Source: a virus (lineage: Duplodnaviria > Caudoviricetes). Taken from it: a stretch of DNA of 62,421 nt. The DNA is taken from positions 1 to 62,421 of IMG/VR virus record IMGVR_UViG_3300035665_000031; one strand, 5' to 3'. Position 1 is the first letter of the stretch; every line of letters starts with the position of its first letter. Under the pieces are notes generated by a model. It worked only from the letters and a program-made list of their open reading frames with translations. It was not told where the DNA came from and did no database searches. Below are positions 10,334 to 19,152 of the stretch, one piece after another. The translations under genes were made by a program, and so were the position numbers.

Positions 10334-10420
10334 TTGGGAGGGTCTGAATTGAACAGACGACACATGGGTTTTCATGACTATCGCTAGTCTACCACTGCTC
10401 TACCACTGAGCTACCTCCCA
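10334..10420 (-). tRNA. Atypical tRNA-like RNA with extra hairpin in the anticodon arm (possible GAA anticodon)
   Basis: Acceptor tgggagg/cctccca, canonical D arm and T arm; gacta-gcga-tagtc hairpin inserted before TGAAAA. Confidence 0.65.
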
Positions 10421-10673
10421 ATATTTAATTTAATTCTATGTTATGAAATTCTAAAGCATAAAAATTAAGACCACAAGCTAACTCATATATCTCATCAAAT
10501 GACTCCGTTCCTAACACCTGATTTAACATTTGTAATAATGTGTTTGCAATAAATTGTAAAAATATTTTCTTCATGTTAAATTATATGCAAACTTACTACT
10601 TATTTTCCTAACTCAAACAGATTATTTAAAAATATTTTTTAACCGCTTGATTTTCAATGTATTTTTTTTTGTG

Positions 10674-10934
10674 TTAACCTTCGTAATTATATACGTAATG
10701 AATATCATCAATAATTTTATCAATTGCTTCATTTAACCTCATAACTTTGAATTTATCGTAATAGATGAATGGTAGTTTCAATTTCTTAGTATTCTTAAGA
10801 ATCTTATCGTTGAATTCCTCATTTAATTCATCACATTTAAGATTTAGCAACCCATTATCAAAAGAGATGTAATCTTTTATGATATCATTACCTAATGTAT
10901 CAACGATAACATAAGCTTCTGATACTTTTTTCAT
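10674..10934 (-). CDS. Hypothetical protein
   Basis: ORF track. Confidence 0.65.
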   Translation of the reverse strand: MKKVSEAYVIVDTLGNDIIKDYISFDNGLLNLKCDELNEEFNDKILKNTKKLKLPFIYYDKFKVMRLNEAIDKIIDDIHYVYNYEG

Positions 10935-11004
10935 GTTAGTTATTTTTTATTATTAGATGATATTAGTAAAGCTAATACTAATATCACGCAAATGATTAAT
11001 AATT

Positions 11005-11232
11005 TCATACTTCAGCTAATTTACAAGTGCGAATATCCACCACTGAACCATCATCCATAACAAACGCTGGCTTTCCTGAATTTGGGTTGATGGTCAAGTC
11101 AACAACCTTTCCAATCTTAAAACCAGACTTGAATGGCTTACCAGAATGTTTAGTAACAAAGTGTCCCAAGAATTCTTCACTGTTGATAATATCAAATGAG
11201 TTTTTCATAACTTGATTTTTAAAATTACCCAC
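11005..11232 (-). CDS. Hypothetical protein
   Basis: ORF track; real start probably the internal ATG. Confidence 0.6.
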   Translation of the reverse strand: MGNFKNQVMKNSFDIINSEEFLGHFVTKHSGKPFKSGFKIGKVVDLTINPNSGKPAFVMDDGSVVDIRTCKLAEV

Positions 11233-11264
11233 AAATATAAGTTAAATTATTGAATCTACCAAAT

Positions 11265-11807
11265 TTATTTTAATTTAATCCTGGATAACCGTTGCTTAAG
11301 CCTTTTTTCGGGTATAACACTATCACCAATAGCATGTTCATAGATATTATCGATTTTAACCTTGATTTCAGACGCTAAAAACATCAAATCAATGGTTGTT
11401 ACCATTGTGATAACATCCTTCTTCCCATCACGCTTATATAAGCAATATAAGCATTCATCTGGTGATGTAACATATGTTTTCTTGATATTAAGCTTAACAA
11501 ATGATTGAAGCTTATATTTTGGAACCACAATCCAATACTTAAAGGTTTCAAATATAAAGCAATCCGCATCACCATATAACCAACCATGTCTACCATTTAC
11601 ATTCTTTATTTCAATATAATGAAATGATTCATTGGGTTCATTATCTGAACGATTGACCCTCTTAAGACCCTTTACATCGTATTTTATTTCATTTGATTTA
11701 AAATCCCAATGTTGGGTCTTATCCGTATCAGCTAAGCTAAATATTGGATTATCAAACAACTTAGATACACTTAATTCCTTCTCTTTTCCCTCACTTAAAA
11801 AACTCAT
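11265..11807 (-). CDS. Putative PD-(D/E)xK nuclease-fold protein
   Basis: HWDF...YDVKG...IEIKN...GWLYG pattern. Confidence 0.55.
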   Translation of the reverse strand: MSFLSEGKEKELSVSKLFDNPIFSLADTDKTQHWDFKSNEIKYDVKGLKRVNRSDNEPNESFHYIEIKNVNGRHGWLYGDADCFIFETFKYWIVVPKYKLQSFVKLNIKKTYVTSPDECLYCLYKRDGKKDVITMVTTIDLMFLASEIKVKIDNIYEHAIGDSVIPEKRLKQRLSRIKLK

Positions 11808-11828
11808 TCAACAAATATACTAAATTTC

Positions 11829-11902
11829 TGGTGGAGCGTGTCGGAATCGAACCGAAAAATACTTCATTGCAAGTGAAGATTGCTAGCCATCGCATCAGCC
11901 CC
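11829..11902 (-). tRNA. tRNA-Ala(TGC)
   Basis: GGGGC start, cttca-CTTGCAA-tgaag arm, GGTTCGATTCC, encoded CCA; weak D arm. Confidence 0.85.
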
Positions 11903-11930
11903 ATATTTTAATCATATTTTTTTAACTAAC

Positions 11931-12779
11931 TTAAAAACCTAATTTATTATACATTTTAACCCATTTCCTAATAGAATTATCACTGACCCCATATTTTCTA
12001 CCAGTGGCTGAATAACCTAAAACTTCAATATCTTTTATTAATTCTTCATATGATGGTCTTTCAATTTTTCTTTGAGATAAAAAATTATTTTTTTGTTTAT
12101 ATGTTATTCCATTAAGTTCTTTTCTTTCACTATTTAATTTAGTTGAAACTCTAATTTGTTTTGATTTTTGAATTATTATGCCACAATTACCAATTGTTTT
12201 GGATGTACCAATGAAATCTAACAATTCTTTTATTACCAAATCACAATTTTGTAAAACTTGTTTTGCTTCAATTCTATATATGCGCCAATTATTTTTTCTT
12301 AATACTTCATTTTTTTCATTGTCTTTAATTATTCTAGATTCAAGTTTATGTTGTGAACCATCAATTTCAACAGCTACTTTCTCATTTTCAAAAGCAAAAT
12401 CAATAAAATATGGAAAAACAGACCGTTCTCTTATGATTAAAAAATTATTATTTATATTATTTCTAACTAAACCATCCTCAAATAACTTCTCAGGATAACT
12501 CATATTTGATAACCTCCAAGCTGTTTTTTCTGGATTTTCTAACATATATTTTAAACGCTTTTGTTTAAGTGTTTCTTTAACACATCTTATATCACCACAA
12601 GTACTATGAAAAACTAACCCATCTTTATGGTTTACATTTTTACCACAAATACATTTTGGTATTTTAAGATTTTCAAACCGTATCATGTAATCGATTAACT
12701 TACAATTATGATTATAGCTACAATGCCTAGCTAAACCGATATTACCTTTAACGTTTTCATTACAAATTTTACAAACCAT
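11931..12779 (-). CDS. DUF559/Vsr-like endonuclease with Zn-binding N-terminus and C-terminal HTH (probable homing endonuclease)
   Basis: YFIDFAF, VEIDGSQH, WRIYRI motifs; lies inside a tRNA cluster. Confidence 0.8.
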   Translation of the reverse strand: MVCKICNENVKGNIGLARHCSYNHNCKLIDYMIRFENLKIPKCICGKNVNHKDGLVFHSTCGDIRCVKETLKQKRLKYMLENPEKTAWRLSNMSYPEKLFEDGLVRNNINNNFLIIRERSVFPYFIDFAFENEKVAVEIDGSQHKLESRIIKDNEKNEVLRKNNWRIYRIEAKQVLQNCDLVIKELLDFIGTSKTIGNCGIIIQKSKQIRVSTKLNSERKELNGITYKQKNNFLSQRKIERPSYEELIKDIEVLGYSATGRKYGVSDNSIRKWVKMYNKLGF

Positions 12780-12876
12780 ATTTATTGTTTTATTATAAAT
12801 ATGTAATAAAACAATAAACGAACACTTATTTTTCGAATAAGGTTGACGTGCTAAATTTATTTCAAAGAACTACTAG

Positions 12877-12960
12877 TACCCCACATGGGAATCAAACCCA
12901 CTCTATCATTTCTGAATTTTCCTTGAAAGGGAAATCGCTCACTCCTTTGCATTATGGGGC
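12877..12960 (-). tRNA. tRNA-Glu(TTC), enlarged variable region
   Basis: gccccat/gtggggt acceptor, tttcc-CTTTCAA-ggaaa arm. Confidence 0.8.
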
Positions 12961-12965
12961 AAATT

Positions 12966-13045
12966 TGGCGGTCTATCTCGAATTCGAATCGAGCTGTTTG
13001 TACTGCGTGACAGGCAGACGGACACTCCCAGCATCCCCATAGACC
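12966..13045 (-). tRNA. tRNA-Asp(GTC)
   Basis: ggtctat/atagacc acceptor, ctgc-CTGTCAC-gcag arm, GCCA end. Confidence 0.85.
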
Positions 13046-13053
13046 ATATTTTG

Positions 13054-13126
13054 TGCGATGAGAGGGACTTGAACCCCCAACGCCAGCTTCTTCGGAGCTG
13101 CGCTCTACCAATTGAGCTACCAACGC
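13054..13126 (-). tRNA. tRNA-Phe(GAA)
   Basis: Canonical D and T arms, cagct-CCGAAGA-agctg arm. Confidence 0.85.
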
Positions 13127-13134
13127 ATATAAAC

Positions 13135-13163
13135 AAAAAAAGTCCTGATTTTTGGTCAGGACT
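13135..13163 (-). terminator. Attenuator-like terminator ahead of tRNA cluster 1
   Basis: agtcctga/tcaggact stem followed by U run, about 8 nt before tRNA-Phe. Confidence 0.8.
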
Positions 13164-13190
13164 CTTTATCAATTTTATTAAGTTAACGAA

Positions 13191-13280
13191 TTAACTTTTG
13201 ACAATAGTTGACCATCCGAAGATATAATCATCTTCAGCCGCAAAAAACGCACGTTCAAATATGTTGTTAACTGTTCTCAT
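13191..13280 (-). CDS. Leader peptide 1 (MRTVNNIFERAFFAAEDDYIFGWSTIVKS)
   Basis: Hand translation; between promoter and terminator; enriched in F/E/A/D, matching downstream tRNAs. Confidence 0.75.
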   Translation of the reverse strand: MRTVNNIFERAFFAAEDDYIFGWSTIVKS

Positions 13281-13304
13281 TTCTTTTTGTTTAATAAATA
13301 TATG

Positions 13305-13312
13305 CAAAGATA
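13305..13312 (-). promoter_or_regulatory. Bacteroidota-type -7 box (TATCTTTG) for leader 1 and tRNA cluster
   Basis: Matches TAnnTTTG; same context at 36322-36329. Confidence 0.7.
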
Positions 13313-13423
13313 CATATTATTTTCGATATGACAACACATATCTCATATTTATTTTATATAGTATTGATTATCAACTGATTATTTTTAATATATGATATGA
13401 AATATCGTATATATTACTAATAT

Positions 13424-13489
13424 ATGTTGTATATACGATATAATTTGTTGGGTATGCGATAAGAAATTACGCATATAAGTAAGTTATGT
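13424..13489 (+). mobile_element. attI-like site heading array 2
   Basis: Two TGTTG-ATA-CGATA direct repeats then ATAAGTAAGTTAT; conserved at 28027 and 36441. Confidence 0.75.
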
Positions 13490-13495
13490 GCAAGG

Positions 13496-13699
13496 CTACT
13501 TTCTCGTAAAAACGACATTTTGTAACCAAACATCAAAAGAGCTTTCTTGTAATATTTTTTCCTTAGTTTCTTTAGGATGAACAAGTATTCCATAATTCAT
13601 CATGTTCTCTAAATCCATATTTATTCTACCTCTGTGAAAGGCTTCTCGTAAAACTACCTTTGGAAAAAATATCATCAATAATCTTGTCTTAAACTTCAT
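13496..13699 (-). CDS. Cassette-borne hypothetical protein
   Basis: ORF fills cassette. Confidence 0.7.
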   Translation of the reverse strand: MKFKTRLLMIFFPKVVLREAFHRGRINMDLENMMNYGILVHPKETKEKILQESSFDVWLQNVVFTRK

Positions 13700-13856
13700 T
13701 TCGTTTTCAAATTAAATTCAGTGCTGATAAACCGCCCAGCACATAACAGCGGTTTGGCAAAAGCTGCCAGAAACATTGTGCGAACTTTGAACTTTCCGTT
13801 AGGCAGCCTTCGCCAAGCCGCAAAACGTTATAACCAATACTACTTTTCTGTTTCAA

Positions 13857-14069
13857 TTAACTTATCGGTATAAAATGTTTTAAAACTATATCTAAAGGAA
13901 CTAAACGACAATTATAGTCTAATCCGTCTTCTGTTTCTGATTCTATAACAATCACTTGCTTATCATTATCATTTAATTCATTTTTAGCTACCCTTTTATC
14001 TAAAGAATATTCAACACCCTCAATAAATGGTGGTATAGTTTTAATACATTTTATTTTGGTTATCCACAT
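13857..14069 (-). CDS. Cassette-borne hypothetical protein
   Basis: ORF fills cassette. Confidence 0.7.
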   Translation of the reverse strand: MWITKIKCIKTIPPFIEGVEYSLDKRVAKNELNDNDKQVIVIESETEDGLDYNCRLVPLDIVLKHFIPIS

Positions 14070-14153
14070 ATAATATTTTTTATAATTCGTACTGGTTATA
14101 ACAAATGATAAACAACATTAAAACGATTGTTTATCATCGGACGTTAGCTGCCA

Positions 14154-14465
14154 TTAACTGACAACCTCCCATTCTTGAAAATCTGACGGAACAAACGACC
14201 AAAACATAGGATAAATTTGACTGCTTTTCAAGTCTGTTTTTACAAAAAAATCACCCATTACCCATCCTTGCAAATACACAGGCTTATTTTTTATACCATA
14301 CATAGGCAGACTTGAAGAAGTATAAATATGTTTTGGTAGTTTAACCTTTATGCCTTGCAGATTGGTATCTTTTGGTAGGTCCTTGATTTTAACGGCAGCT
14401 AACACAGTATTGCCGACAATAGCGGGTTCTGTGGTATGTTCAACTTTTGTTTTTCTATTTGACAT
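14154..14465 (-). CDS. Cassette-borne hypothetical protein, start inside attC loop
   Basis: PAIVGNTVLAAV is encoded by the hairpin arm. Confidence 0.7.
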   Translation of the reverse strand: MSNRKTKVEHTTEPAIVGNTVLAAVKIKDLPKDTNLQGIKVKLPKHIYTSSSLPMYGIKNKPVYLQGWVMGDFFVKTDLKSSQIYPMFWSFVPSDFQEWEVVS

Positions 14466-14534
14466 TTGTTCTTAATTTTAAGTTTTGTAATTCTAATTCC
14501 GCTACTGCGGCAATACTCGGCACGTTATGTGGCA

Positions 14535-14789
14535 TTAAAAACATACCCAGAATAAAACTTTATCACCATGATTAAACCCACAGTTTAATAAATACTCATT
14601 TATAATTGGTGTATGTTCATTGTGCCCAACCCATTCTAAATTTGCCCTATCATTTCCTTTGCTTCTTTCATTTAGTTGGTATTGTTGTTCTTTGTAAACT
14701 GGGTGTTTTCTATCACCATTTGAAATTTCTTCACAAAGGTCTAATAAATCAATAACCTCCCACCTTTTTATAAAGTTTAAATCACTCAT
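14535..14789 (-). CDS. Cassette-borne hypothetical protein
   Basis: ORF fills cassette. Confidence 0.7.
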   Translation of the reverse strand: MSDLNFIKRWEVIDLLDLCEEISNGDRKHPVYKEQQYQLNERSKGNDRANLEWVGHNEHTPIINEYLLNCGFNHGDKVLFWVCF

Positions 14790-14937
14790 AACAATTAACG
14801 CCACATAACAACGTGTATAAAACATTGCCTTTGTGGTCTTTTTTTAAAGTTTATACTAAATAATTAATTTTATTCATTCTATTAAGTTCTGTGTTGGCAA
14901 CGTTTCATACACGCAGCCGTTATGTTCAATGTTGTTT

Positions 14938-15207
14938 TTAATTTTGAGTTGTTTTATTTTCACCATCACTAATTTTCACCACACCGTAATAGGAAGAATT
15001 TACCACCTTGTTTTTGTAAATGTGTGCATTCTTCAAATATTTTGGTTTAATAAAGAAATGTTTTATCTTCAAAAGTAAATTCTTCCATTTATTTTCATAC
15101 CATACAGTTTCACCATTTATTGATGTTTTTACTATTTTGGTTATGTAAGGTGCTAAAATATAACCTTTACCTAAATCTTCTTTATTTATTTTCGGATAAT
15201 TCTCCAT
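14938..15207 (-). CDS. Cassette-borne hypothetical protein (two-gene cassette)
   Basis: ORF track. Confidence 0.7.
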   Translation of the reverse strand: MENYPKINKEDLGKGYILAPYITKIVKTSINGETVWYENKWKNLLLKIKHFFIKPKYLKNAHIYKNKVVNSSYYGVVKISDGENKTTQN

Positions 15208-15208
15208 T

Positions 15209-15439
15209 TTACTCAGTTATTTTATTTATAAATTCATTTAACTTTTCTTCCATCAAAGAAATTCCTTCATCCATATTACTACAAATAACCATTGTTTTAA
15301 AATTTGGTAGTTCTGGGAACATTGTCCACTGATTAATGGAATTTCTTTTTAAAGAACCAATCACTAAGTTTCCACAAACGAATTCATAAAAACTCTTTTT
15401 GTTGGTTTTATCTCTTAATTCAATATTTTTCGTTTTCAT
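15209..15439 (-). CDS. Cassette-borne hypothetical protein (two-gene cassette)
   Basis: ORF track, ATG start chosen. Confidence 0.65.
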   Translation of the reverse strand: MKTKNIELRDKTNKKSFYEFVCGNLVIGSLKRNSINQWTMFPELPNFKTMVICSNMDEGISLMEEKLNEFINKITE

Positions 15440-15594
15440 AACATTTTTTTTATATGGTAAAATTAAAAACAACACAAAACATAACAAGGTGTATAAGAAA
15501 GTTTTTTACAAAGGTAAGTATAAATTTCGAGATATCCAAATAAAAAACCTTCTCATACACCCAACCGTTATGTGTAATAAAATAAAAATTATGA

Positions 15595-15807
15595 TTATCC
15601 TATATCACATTTGGTTATTAATCCTTTATCAATCTCCAAGTTTATTCTATCAAATCGTAAATCCATTGTGATTGCATAATTATTAGAATCTTCTCTTGTT
15701 ATTCTAACCTTATAATCATTTTCTTTACATAATTCTGTTCCTGATTCTTTATTCATTCCGATTAAAGATTCTAATAATTCATTACTTCCGTTTCTATTTC
15801 TTCCCAT
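15595..15807 (-). CDS. Cassette-borne small protein resembling I78/I13 peptidase inhibitors
   Basis: LIG...VRI...AITMDLRFDRINL...ITKCDIG pattern. Confidence 0.6.
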   Translation of the reverse strand: MGRNRNGSNELLESLIGMNKESGTELCKENDYKVRITREDSNNYAITMDLRFDRINLEIDKGLITKCDIG

Positions 15808-15890
15808 AAATTTAAATTTGTATAATTTTTATTTTACATACACATAACAAATGATAAACAACATTAAAACGATTGTTTATCATCGGAACG

Positions 15891-16229
15891 TTAGGTAACA
15901 TTCAAGTTACCTCGTACCACTAATTTTATCTCTTCGTACTCTTTATTTTCTTTAGCGTATTCAGTTTCAGTAATTTCATCTAAAGCAAGTGAACATAAGT
16001 CACAAACTTTGGAAATACAATAATATGTGGTGCTACCAATTTTAAATCTTCTTCGTGTATCCAACCCATCACGTTTTAAATTATTCTCATTTTTCCAAAG
16101 TTGGAAATCATAGGTGTCTAATGAAATTACTGCAATGGAACGTTGCCTAACACCAGATATATTTAAGTGCTTAGTTTCGTACTCTTGAACTATCCGTTTT
16201 GCTTTTAAATAATCTTTTTCTGTTATCAT
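15891..16229 (-). CDS. Cassette-borne hypothetical protein, start inside attC loop and stop at the GTTA core
   Basis: ORF track; HLNISGVRQ encoded by hairpin arm. Confidence 0.7.
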   Translation of the reverse strand: MITEKDYLKAKRIVQEYETKHLNISGVRQRSIAVISLDTYDFQLWKNENNLKRDGLDTRRRFKIGSTTYYCISKVCDLCSLALDEITETEYAKENKEYEEIKLVVRGNLNVT

Positions 16230-16289
16230 AATTTTTCGTTTTTAAATCGCACCTAAATATATCTGCGAACCGTTATAAGTAATATTACT

Positions 16290-16661
16290 TTAATTTAAAA
16301 TTAGGGTGAATCTGTCTGAAAAATCCAAGGTAAACTCAGCCTCAAAATCAATTGGTTGGTGACATTCACTTATTCTTCTATCCCATTCTTTAGTTTCTTT
16401 TAATTCAGTAATTTCATTTGATAAATTTTCAAGAATATTAGATACATTATTACAAATACATGTAATTGATAGATTTTCTTTTATTTCTCTGAATATTCTA
16501 AATATAATTGGAAAAGCGTAGGATTCTATCTCAAGATGATAATTCTCATCTAATAAATGAATCATGGTCATTTCAGAAGCCAAAGCTATATTTCTTTCAT
16601 TTTCAGTGTCATTTCCGAAAATATGTCGCCATTTTTTAATTAATTCATTTGAATGTTTCAT
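16290..16661 (-). CDS. Hypothetical protein
   Basis: ORF track. Confidence 0.7.
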   Translation of the reverse strand: MKHSNELIKKWRHIFGNDTENERNIALASEMTMIHLLDENYHLEIESYAFPIIFRIFREIKENLSITCICNNVSNILENLSNEITELKETKEWDRRISECHQPIDFEAEFTLDFSDRFTLILN

Positions 16662-16665
16662 ATAT

Positions 16666-17193
16666 TTAATGAAATTTAATCTTAAGTCCCATACTTTGCA
16701 TCGCTAATAAAGCTTCAACATTACCTTTACAGTCATTTACTGGATGATGGTCGTGCTTTGTTTTCCTAAGCTTTCTTTTCCATTCGTAATTCAATGAAGC
16801 ATCCATTTTCATACCACAATACAAATCACCTATTCTTCTACCAGAAAAACCAAATGGATTTTCACCTAAATAAGTTTGAAAGTAATAATTTATAAATTGC
16901 CAATCAAATGCAACATTATCACTAATAAAAACTGGTCTACCATTTGATACTGACTCTAACCATTCATTAAATGATTTCATCACCTTAAATGGTTCATCAA
17001 ACGATTCGTGTTGTTCTCTACTAAACCCAGATACTGCTAATGCATTAGGTACCCATTCATGTGAAATGGGTTTAATCTGACCATAAAAAGTTTTACTTAA
17101 TGTTGGTTCAACCAACACAGCACCAAAACAAACCATAGAATATTTCCCAGGTATCTCACCATCGGCTTCAACATCAACTACTATATAACTCAT
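16666..17193 (-). CDS. DEDDh 3'-5' exonuclease
   Basis: VDVEADG, NVAFDW, HHPVND motifs. Confidence 0.85.
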   Translation of the reverse strand: MSYIVVDVEADGEIPGKYSMVCFGAVLVEPTLSKTFYGQIKPISHEWVPNALAVSGFSREQHESFDEPFKVMKSFNEWLESVSNGRPVFISDNVAFDWQFINYYFQTYLGENPFGFSGRRIGDLYCGMKMDASLNYEWKRKLRKTKHDHHPVNDCKGNVEALLAMQSMGLKIKFH

Positions 17194-17494
17194 AATTTAT
17201 ATTTTTACACAAAGTTACTAATTATTCTCATCAATCTCATCACGAATATTCTTAAGTTGATTAATTAATCTATCCAACTCTTGTAAGTTAGATAACCTTA
17301 ATATTATATTATCGTTGATATGTAATAGTAGACAATCATCAAACTTATCTCCATATTTATCACACATATTAACACTAAACCCTACATTTACCATTATTCA
17401 CTTGTATTTTTAAATTTCAGCATATAATTGAATTCCCCACTTGCCATCTTGGTAAAGTCTTTCTGTTTTGATTTCTTGAATTATATTTTCCATG

Positions 17495-19063
17495 TTAAAG
17501 TAGTGTTGTATATTCTCTTTCATCACCAATAAAAAATAGATGTTGATATTTTCCGTTATTATGAATAATAATATCACATAATGCCCAGGTTGATAATCCG
17601 TTGTTATAACCTAACCTTAGTTTTGTTTTGGTTCCAACTTGTGCCGACCCATTTTTTCTTGATGGTGAGTGTGCGTGTGCTGTAATAATCTTGGTTCCCA
17701 ATTTGGTGTATTGTGTTGGTGAGCCTTTGCTACCATTTACACCATCCATACCATGAACTCCCAATTCAATATCTTTAATCTTATATGATTGGTTTCTATT
17801 TAAGCATTTAACCTTAGGGTACTTCTCGTTAATCAAATAAGCTATAAGACCATTAGGTGCCTTGTCTTCCAATAAAATCTTAGCGTATTCCATATACTCC
17901 AAAGCATTCTTAACATTCCTCTTTGGGTCACCATTGATAATAAACCTATTTAAGAAATCGTCATGATTTGAGAATACAACTGTTAAATTTAAATGTGATA
18001 AGCTATCAACCCAATTTAACATTTCATTTATTTCTTTCTTCAATGAGTTTGAATTCGAAACCTCATTTTGATATTGCTTAATAAAATTATTTGCTTCATG
18101 TGGGTTTATTGAATACCCGTCAAATAGGTCATGAAGTATAATCTCTTTGGGATTAAATGTGGGTATTATTTCCTCTACTGAGCGTTGCATTGACTTGACA
18201 TCATGGTTACCATAGTGAACATCACCCATTACATAAGCTGCAATATCATTTATTTGTGTTACAACACCATCACTAACTGAATTATTTAAATCACAAAATG
18301 AACCATCATTCATTGCGGTTGCTTGTCTAACAAAAAACAACTCATCATCCTTTATTTCAACGATAGCGCAAGCTAAAACATGATGGAATGAAGCCACCTT
18401 ACCTATTTTACTATCTGTGTAGTTTTTAACAGTACAAGTACCAGTTGTCAAAATAATCTTAGGCTTCTCAGCATTCAACACTGGAAGTGTTTTCATATGA
18501 ACTCTAGGATGTCCACCAATGGCCGACATATTGTTTGTAAGAGCTTCTAATGATGAAAGTGGGTCTGAAGCTGTTGGTTGAATCTTAACATCACTTAAAA
18601 TCGATATATTATTATTAAGATTATGTCTATTCAGTGTAAGATATGGAATTACTTCTGGAACCCATACTTCATCCGTTTCATTATTTTTATTCCACATTGA
18701 TGTTGGATTTCTATAACGATATGGAATAACCAATAATTCAGCGTCTAAGTATTCAGCATAAGCTTTAAGGTTATTAAAAAACTTTGCATGTACTTTGGTT
18801 GCATTTTGTGCTGATGTAATAATAAATCTCTTTTTGGACTTATCATGCTTTTTCTTCTTTGCAGTAACCAGTAGTTCTGGTTCGATATCAACTCTTTCTT
18901 TTAGTCCTAATTTGTTTGCGGTCCATTTTCTAATGGTTCTTTCAGAAACCCCGAAATGCTCACCTAATTTGGCTGCTCTTTTTTCCCAAGGGCCACTGTT
19001 GATGTCTTTGTAAGTTGCGATAATATGTAATTTATCTTCATCACTTAAATCTTTAAATTTCAT
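17495..19063 (-). CDS. HTH plus calcineurin-like metallophosphoesterase
   Basis: N-terminal GVSERTIRKW; GDVH, HDLFDG, SNHD, HG, AHAHS motifs. Confidence 0.75.
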   Translation of the reverse strand: MKFKDLSDEDKLHIIATYKDINSGPWEKRAAKLGEHFGVSERTIRKWTANKLGLKERVDIEPELLVTAKKKKHDKSKKRFIITSAQNATKVHAKFFNNLKAYAEYLDAELLVIPYRYRNPTSMWNKNNETDEVWVPEVIPYLTLNRHNLNNNISILSDVKIQPTASDPLSSLEALTNNMSAIGGHPRVHMKTLPVLNAEKPKIILTTGTCTVKNYTDSKIGKVASFHHVLACAIVEIKDDELFFVRQATAMNDGSFCDLNNSVSDGVVTQINDIAAYVMGDVHYGNHDVKSMQRSVEEIIPTFNPKEIILHDLFDGYSINPHEANNFIKQYQNEVSNSNSLKKEINEMLNWVDSLSHLNLTVVFSNHDDFLNRFIINGDPKRNVKNALEYMEYAKILLEDKAPNGLIAYLINEKYPKVKCLNRNQSYKIKDIELGVHGMDGVNGSKGSPTQYTKLGTKIITAHAHSPSRKNGSAQVGTKTKLRLGYNNGLSTWALCDIIIHNNGKYQHLFFIGDEREYTTLL

Positions 19064-19152
19064 TAAATAAATTTAAAATCATGTTATGTTTTGATATACC
19101 TATTAGGTTATCATGAGTACAAATGTACTAATTTATTTTGATATAGTACATA

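Larger units (their letters stand above)
13483..16278 (+). mobile_element. Integron-like cassette array 2
   Basis: attC-like sites 13741-13833, 14096-14149, 14397-14530, 14803-14925, 15479-15573, 15842-15896, 16145-16278. Confidence 0.88.

Noticed and set aside
12848-13172. ORFs overlapping tRNA cluster 1
   Set aside because: Spurious frames through tRNA genes
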